Shown piece after piece: positions 59,516-64,000 of a stretch of 64,000 nt of DNA. A program made the position numbers and the translations under genes. This DNA is from Candidatus Azambacteria bacterium. GTDB taxonomy: Bacteria; Patescibacteriota; Minisyncoccia; UBA10092. The stretch is taken from NCBI GenBank assembly GCA_003455995.1, contig DMPO01000006.1:38397-102396 (forward strand). The letters are read 5' to 3'. Position 1 is the stretch's first letter. Each line of letters starts with the position of its first letter. Under the pieces are notes generated by a model that saw only the letters and a program-made list of their open reading frames with translations, was not told the DNA's origin and did not search any database.

Positions 59516-61672
59516 GGGGGCTGGTTCTAAAATTTTAGGGCAAGACAGTTGTTTTTCTTCTAAAAACCATTCCATTCTACTAAAACATTCTTTTTTTATT
59601 AATCCTTCTGGTGGAATCCAATTAACAGAATCTTTGTTATTAAGTAGGCTTCTTGTAATTTTATTCCAAATTGGTGCAGCTCCTGTTATTCCTGAGGCAA
59701 TTCTACTCATTGGTGTTCCATCATTATTTCCTACCCAAACAGCAACTAAATAATCTTTATTAAATCCAATTGTTAAATTGTCTTTTAAGTCATTACTGGT
59801 TCCAGTCTTAACTGCAACTTCAGGATGGTTTGGAATAACCAACATAGAATTTAATCCAAACGATGGAGATCTTGCTATATTATCTTTAAGTACATCTATT
59901 AACAAAAATGCAACTCTTGGATCAAGAACTTTTAAATCTTCAACATTAAATCTACTCTCCTTTTGAGATAAGAGATTCTCTTTATAATTTTTAACTTCAG
60001 TAATTACTTTAATTTCATTTTTAACTCCCATATTTGCAATAACAGAATAAACTTGTGCTAAATCTACTAATTTTACTTCTCCTCCACCCAGTGTTAATGA
60101 AAGGCCAAATCTAGATCTATCGGTCCAGGTAGTAATTCCCATTTTTTCACCCAGATCAATCATCTTACTAACCCCGTAGGAAGCCAATATTTTAACTGCT
60201 GGAATATTTCTAGATTCAGCTAGAGCTGATCTTACTGAAATCTTACCTCTATAAGTTCCATCATAGTTTTTGGGAGTGTAAGGAGGAAGTCCAGAAACTG
60301 AAAAAGTTATTGGAGAATCATCAATAGTTGAGGCAAGTGTTAAACTATTTGACAAGCTTAAAGCATAGTTTATTACTTTTATTGAAGAGCCAGGTTGTCT
60401 TAATCTTGTTGTAACATTTACATTTCCTCCGTTTTTTGTATCAAAATAATCTTTACTTCCAACCATGGCTAATACCTCACCATTTTTAGGATCAACTACT
60501 AAAACAGCTGCATTTCCTACGTTTAAATTTTTAAGTTTTTCTAACTCTTCTTTAACTACTTTTTCAGCCATTTCCTGGATTTTAAGATCAAGAGTAGTTG
60601 TAACAATTAAACCTCCTTTTAAAACCATTTCTTCACCATATTCATCAATAAGTTTTTCTCTAACATACATTACAAAATGGGGGGCTTTGATGTCAGTTTT
60701 ATTAGGAGCAAAAGTAATTCTTTCTGATAAAAAAACCTCTTCTTCTTCGGAAGTTATAAACTTGTTAACTCTCATTAGGTGTAAAACTTCTCTTTGTCTT
60801 GAAAAAGTTAGATCAGGATTTGGTCCAAAAGGGGAATATCTGGTAGGACTTTGGGGAAGCCCTGCTAATAGTGCTGACTCTGAAAGAGTTAGACTCCCAA
60901 CATCTTTTCCAAAATAAAGTCTGGCTGCTTCTTGTATTCCATATGCAGTACCTCCATAAGAAACTTCATTTAGGTACATTTCCAGTATTTGGTCTTTAGA
61001 AAAATTTAATTCAACACCGATTGATAAAATTAATTCTCTTAATTTTCTAACATATGTTTTCTCAGATGATAAAAGTGCGTTTTTAACAAGCTGTTGGGTT
61101 ATGGTTGAGCCACCATTAAGTTTTCCTTCCTTAAGATTTTTAATTGAAGCTCGAATTATTCCTCTAATTGAAAAGCCGGGATGTTGATAAAATTCAGCAT
61201 CTTCTGCGGCTAAAGTTGCAAGTCGTGTATTTTCTGGTATTTGGGATAGAGTTACTGGAGTCCTGTTTTTATCTTTGTAGATGGTATATAAAAGTTCACC
61301 GTTTCTATCATATATTTTTGTAGAAACTGATTGTTCTCTGGTAATTAAGTCTCTAGGGGAGGGAAGGCCTTTTAAAACTAAAAAGTAGAAGGTAAAAGAA
61401 AAAACTAATAGAAAAATAAAAGGCAATAATAATCTTTTTTTAATTTTAAATTTTGGTAATTTAACACTAACTTTAGGAATAGAAATTTTAATAGGTTTTA
61501 ATTTTATTTTAAAAGTTAAATTAATAATTCGTCCTATTGCATAGAAAATAAAGATAGTAGCTATTAAAATATGGGTTAGGCAAAAATAAAAAGGTTTACC
61601 TACAACAATTAAGATTTTAGTAAGTAAACTAAAGGCAGTGGTGGTTTTTTTAATTTTTCCAGCCACAGGCAT
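59498..61672 (-). CDS. Class A penicillin-binding protein 1A (bifunctional glycosyltransferase GT51 / transpeptidase)
   Basis: AEDAEFYQHPGFS, GGSTITQQLVK (GT51). PGSSIKVINYA (SxxK), SRN, KTGTSND (transpeptidase). Confidence 0.85.
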   Translation of the reverse strand: MPVAGKIKKTTTAFSLLTKILIVVGKPFYFCLTHILIATIFIFYAIGRIINLTFKIKLKPIKISIPKVSVKLPKFKIKKRLLLPFIFLLVFSFTFYFLVLKGLPSPRDLITREQSVSTKIYDRNGELLYTIYKDKNRTPVTLSQIPENTRLATLAAEDAEFYQHPGFSIRGIIRASIKNLKEGKLNGGSTITQQLVKNALLSSEKTYVRKLRELILSIGVELNFSKDQILEMYLNEVSYGGTAYGIQEAARLYFGKDVGSLTLSESALLAGLPQSPTRYSPFGPNPDLTFSRQREVLHLMRVNKFITSEEEEVFLSERITFAPNKTDIKAPHFVMYVREKLIDEYGEEMVLKGGLIVTTTLDLKIQEMAEKVVKEELEKLKNLNVGNAAVLVVDPKNGEVLAMVGSKDYFDTKNGGNVNVTTRLRQPGSSIKVINYALSLSNSLTLASTIDDSPITFSVSGLPPYTPKNYDGTYRGKISVRSALAESRNIPAVKILASYGVSKMIDLGEKMGITTWTDRSRFGLSLTLGGGEVKLVDLAQVYSVIANMGVKNEIKVITEVKNYKENLLSQKESRFNVEDLKVLDPRVAFLLIDVLKDNIARSPSFGLNSMLVIPNHPEVAVKTGTSNDLKDNLTIGFNKDYLVAVWVGNNDGTPMSRIASGITGAAPIWNKITRSLLNNKDSVNWIPPEGLIKKECFSRMEWFLEEKQLSCPKILEPAPSTTNE

Positions 61673-61710
61673 ATTATATCAAATTATGGGATAAAGTGGA
61701 TATGAGAAAG

Positions 61711-62424
61711 TTAATCTGTTAATTTAAAAGTTGAGAGGATTTGGTTTATTAAAGATTCCTGTGGCTCATTTGATGTAAAATCTGAAGTATTAAAATTAAT
61801 AACGTAGTTTTTATTTGTGGTAATTAAATAGTTACTTAAGCCAGTACTTTGTAATTTAAAATAAACAGGATCTTGAGATGCCCAAACAAAATTGTTATTT
61901 TTAATATTAAGATTAACAAAACTTACGTATTTACTAATACTTTGTGGATCTTGAGGGTCAATCTGTCTCAAAAAGTAATCTTTAGTAGGATATTTGTCAC
62001 CATTATATCCAATAATAACTGTGATAGCTTTGTTTTGATCGATTAAAGTAAACGTTGTGTTAGTAGTATCTCCTAGAATTTTAGTGTTATTTGGGTAACG
62101 AAATGAGAAACCATATTTATCACTTGTATACATCTTTGTATTTATATTTGGTTCAGGAGTTGTGTTTGGTGTAATTGTAGGTTCAATTTGGACAACTGGA
62201 GTCGGAGTTGAAGTACCTACTGTTTTTAATTCTGTTAGTTCCTTTGTTAATTTCTGTGTTTGAAATATTAGAAAACCTATTATAGTTATAGAAACAAACA
62301 AAAGAATTGATAATAAAATAGTTAGAAAATTACTTTTTTTGGGTTTTTCTGGTGTTACCATCTGTTGGTTATCAACTACAGGTATTGTTGATGTTGCTGG
62401 TATTGTAGATATTTGATTTTCCAT
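61711..62424 (-). CDS. Hypothetical signal-anchored extracytoplasmic protein (paralog of 56125-56850)
   Basis: Anchor KKSNFLTILLSILLFVSITIIGFLIFQTQKLTKELTELK is shared with the paralog. Asn/Thr-rich beta domain. Confidence 0.45.
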   Translation of the reverse strand: MENQISTIPATSTIPVVDNQQMVTPEKPKKSNFLTILLSILLFVSITIIGFLIFQTQKLTKELTELKTVGTSTPTPVVQIEPTITPNTTPEPNINTKMYTSDKYGFSFRYPNNTKILGDTTNTTFTLIDQNKAITVIIGYNGDKYPTKDYFLRQIDPQDPQSISKYVSFVNLNIKNNNFVWASQDPVYFKLQSTGLSNYLITTNKNYVINFNTSDFTSNEPQESLINQILSTFKLTD

Positions 62425-62448
62425 ACTTTTTTAAATTATATATTTAAT

Positions 62449-64000
62449 TTATTTTAACGGATATCTGATCATTGCGCTAGAGGAAGCAATTGGACAGTTC
62501 ATACAATATATCGTTTTTAATGGATCTGTGTATGTTGGTCTATTTTGGGTTTCAATGTTTTCTGGAGGAGTATCTTTTCCTGAAATCTGTCCTGTTGTTT
62601 TATCCAACTGTAAATCTAATGGAACAATATTTGAAGTTGTTGGCACGGTTCCTTCTATAAAATATTCAAATCTTAAAGGACATCCTGCCTGGGCAGGGTC
62701 AGTTGAAAGTGGTGCTCCTCCAGTGTCTGCACAAATATTAGCTCCAACTACACCACTTGGCTGTAATGGCCAAGAGTGTCCATCATCCTCTGAATCGTAA
62801 GTTCCTTTTTCTGATCTATCAAGTGTAAATTTCATAATTTTATTCCAGATAGGAGACGCTCCTGATACTCCAGAAACTGCTCCACCCATCGGGGTGTTGT
62901 TATTATTTCCAACCCAAACAACAACAACTGCTTGTTTGGTGTAACCAACTGTCCAATTGTCTTTTCTATCATTAGTGGTACCTGTTTTAACAGATACCTC
63001 GGGATGATTCTTAACAACTAAATATGAGTTTTCTCCAAAAGCTTGGCTTCTGGCGTTATTATCGTAAAGGATGTGAGAAATTAGAAAAGTTACGGTTGAA
63101 TCAATTATCCTTTCTCCTGTTAATTTGTTATTTGAGACTTTATATTCTTCTAAAACTTTTCCTCTCCAATCGGCTACTTTAGTTATTGCAACAAGTTCTT
63201 GTTTGATTCCATCATTTGCAAAAACACCAAAAGCACTTGCCATATCGTATGGTCTTACTTCTCCACCACCTAAAGTTAACGATAGACCGTAATTTTCAGG
63301 ATCAATAAAAGTTGTTAAACCCATTTTATTTGCAAATTCAACAAAGTTTTCAAGTCCATTTAAGGCTAGTGTTCTTACGGCTGGAATATTATATGAATTA
63401 CCTAGTGCAAAACGGGTTTGAGTAAGTCCGTGATATGTTCCATCATAGTTTCTGGGGCAATAAAGAGATTGACCAGCAACTGAAAAACAAGTTGGTACAT
63501 CAGTAAAAGTTGTAGCAGCAGTAATTTTTTTATCTTTCAAAGCTAGTGCGTAGTTAATAGGTTTTATAGAAGAACCTGGTTGTCTTTTGGAAAGAATGAC
63601 ATTTACTTTTCCATCTTCATCTTCTGCAAAATAGTCTTTACTTCCAACCATTGCCAAGATTTCTCCTGTTGATGGATGAACGACAATTGCAGCACCATTT
63701 CCAACTTTTTGTTTTTTTAATTTAGCAACCTCTGTAGCTACCTGATCCTGGGCAAATTCTTGTAGGTCTAAATCAAGAGTGGTTGTGACACGAAGTCCAC
63801 CCTGTTCAACCATTCTCTCTCCATATTTTTCAACTAATTGATCTTTTACCCAAAGTGCAAAATGGGGGGCTTTGGGCGTCTCTATTTTTGCATATTTTAA
63901 TTCTTCCTTAGCTGCATTATCTGCTTCTTCTTGTGTTAAGTATTTATTATCCACCATTTGTTTTAGAACTTGGGCTTGTCTTTCCTTCGCCAGTTCTGGA
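62449..64000 (-). CDS. Second class A PBP1A paralog, 5'-truncated by the window end (transpeptidase domain and part of linker present)
   Basis: PGSSIKPINYA (SxxK), SYN, KTGTTND. The reading frame stays open upstream of the annotated Met through position 64000 (…PELAKERQAQVLKQMVDNKYL…), so the GT51 domain must lie beyond the window. Confidence 0.75.
   Translation of the reverse strand, partial: PELAKERQAQVLKQMVDNKYLTQEEADNAAKEELKYAKIETPKAPHFALWVKDQLVEKYGERMVEQGGLRVTTTLDLDLQEFAQDQVATEVAKLKKQKVGNGAAIVVHPSTGEILAMVGSKDYFAEDEDGKVNVILSKRQPGSSIKPINYALALKDKKITAATTFTDVPTCFSVAGQSLYCPRNYDGTYHGLTQTRFALGNSYNIPAVRTLALNGLENFVEFANKMGLTTFIDPENYGLSLTLGGGEVRPYDMASAFGVFANDGIKQELVAITKVADWRGKVLEEYKVSNNKLTGERIIDSTVTFLISHILYDNNARSQAFGENSYLVVKNHPEVSVKTGTTNDRKDNWTVGYTKQAVVVVWVGNNNNTPMGGAVSGVSGASPIWNKIMKFTLDRSEKGTYDSEDDGHSWPLQPSGVVGANICADTGGAPLSTDPAQAGCPLRFEYFIEGTVPTTSNIVPLDLQLDKTTGQISGKDTPPENIETQNRPTYTDPLKTIYCMNCPIASSSAMIRYPLK

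Overview
This 64-kb window comes from an AT-biased, gene-dense bacterial genome. Its gene content fits a small-genome CPR/Patescibacteria-like organism: split transketolase, class I aldolase, many GT-C membrane glycosyltransferases and duplicated PBP1A. That assignment is inference only. No rRNA, tRNA, CRISPR array or transposase/integrase was found.

Layout of the window:
- 1-27.4 kb is an almost uninterrupted plus-strand, translationally coupled glycan-biosynthesis supercluster. It holds three pairs of GT2 polyprenyl-phosphate-sugar synthase with GT-C (ArnT/PMT-like) membrane transferases and five GT4 enzymes (four here, one more at 24.8 kb). It also holds a dTDP-6-deoxyhexose pathway (rfbB, TylCIII-like C-methyltransferase, cupin, rfbD), gmd, and a CDP-glycerol-like module (cytidylyltransferase, OPA-type MFS, TagF-like protein, CE4 deacetylase). 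Seven SAM methyltransferases are present in total.
- 27.4-35.0 kb is a visibly GC-richer island with an atypical nonulosonic-acid-type pathway: a NeuB-family synthase lacking its C-terminal domain, a KdsC-family phosphatase and a NeuA-family CMP-sugar synthetase. These sit with a fused transketolase paralog, a HIBADH-family dehydrogenase, an SDR and a B12-binding radical SAM enzyme. This is the best candidate for an undescribed system.
- 35-46.3 kb holds a Wzx-like flippase, a WbaP-like initiating phosphoglycosyltransferase, a WaaL/Wzy-like ligase with TPR tail that contains heptanucleotide repeats, another GT-C/GT2 pair, galU, a NUDIX hydrolase and a second GC-rich B12-radical SAM gene.
- 46.4-51.4 kb holds a peptidoglycan-binding, repeat-rich surface protein and a DsbA/glutaredoxin/TrxB redox module with gap.
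- At about 51.25-51.38 kb, inside the conserved 3' end of gap, codon usage switches abruptly to an A/T-ending, CpG-poor style that persists to the window end. That region carries a LOG protein, a second split transketolase, class I FBA, a PfkB kinase, a 2-hydroxyacid dehydrogenase, a beta-lactamase-fold hydrolase, and two tandem PBP1A genes each followed by a paralogous signal-anchored protein. The last PBP1A gene is truncated by the window edge.

The switch suggests either a chimeric assembly join at a conserved motif or a large foreign segment.
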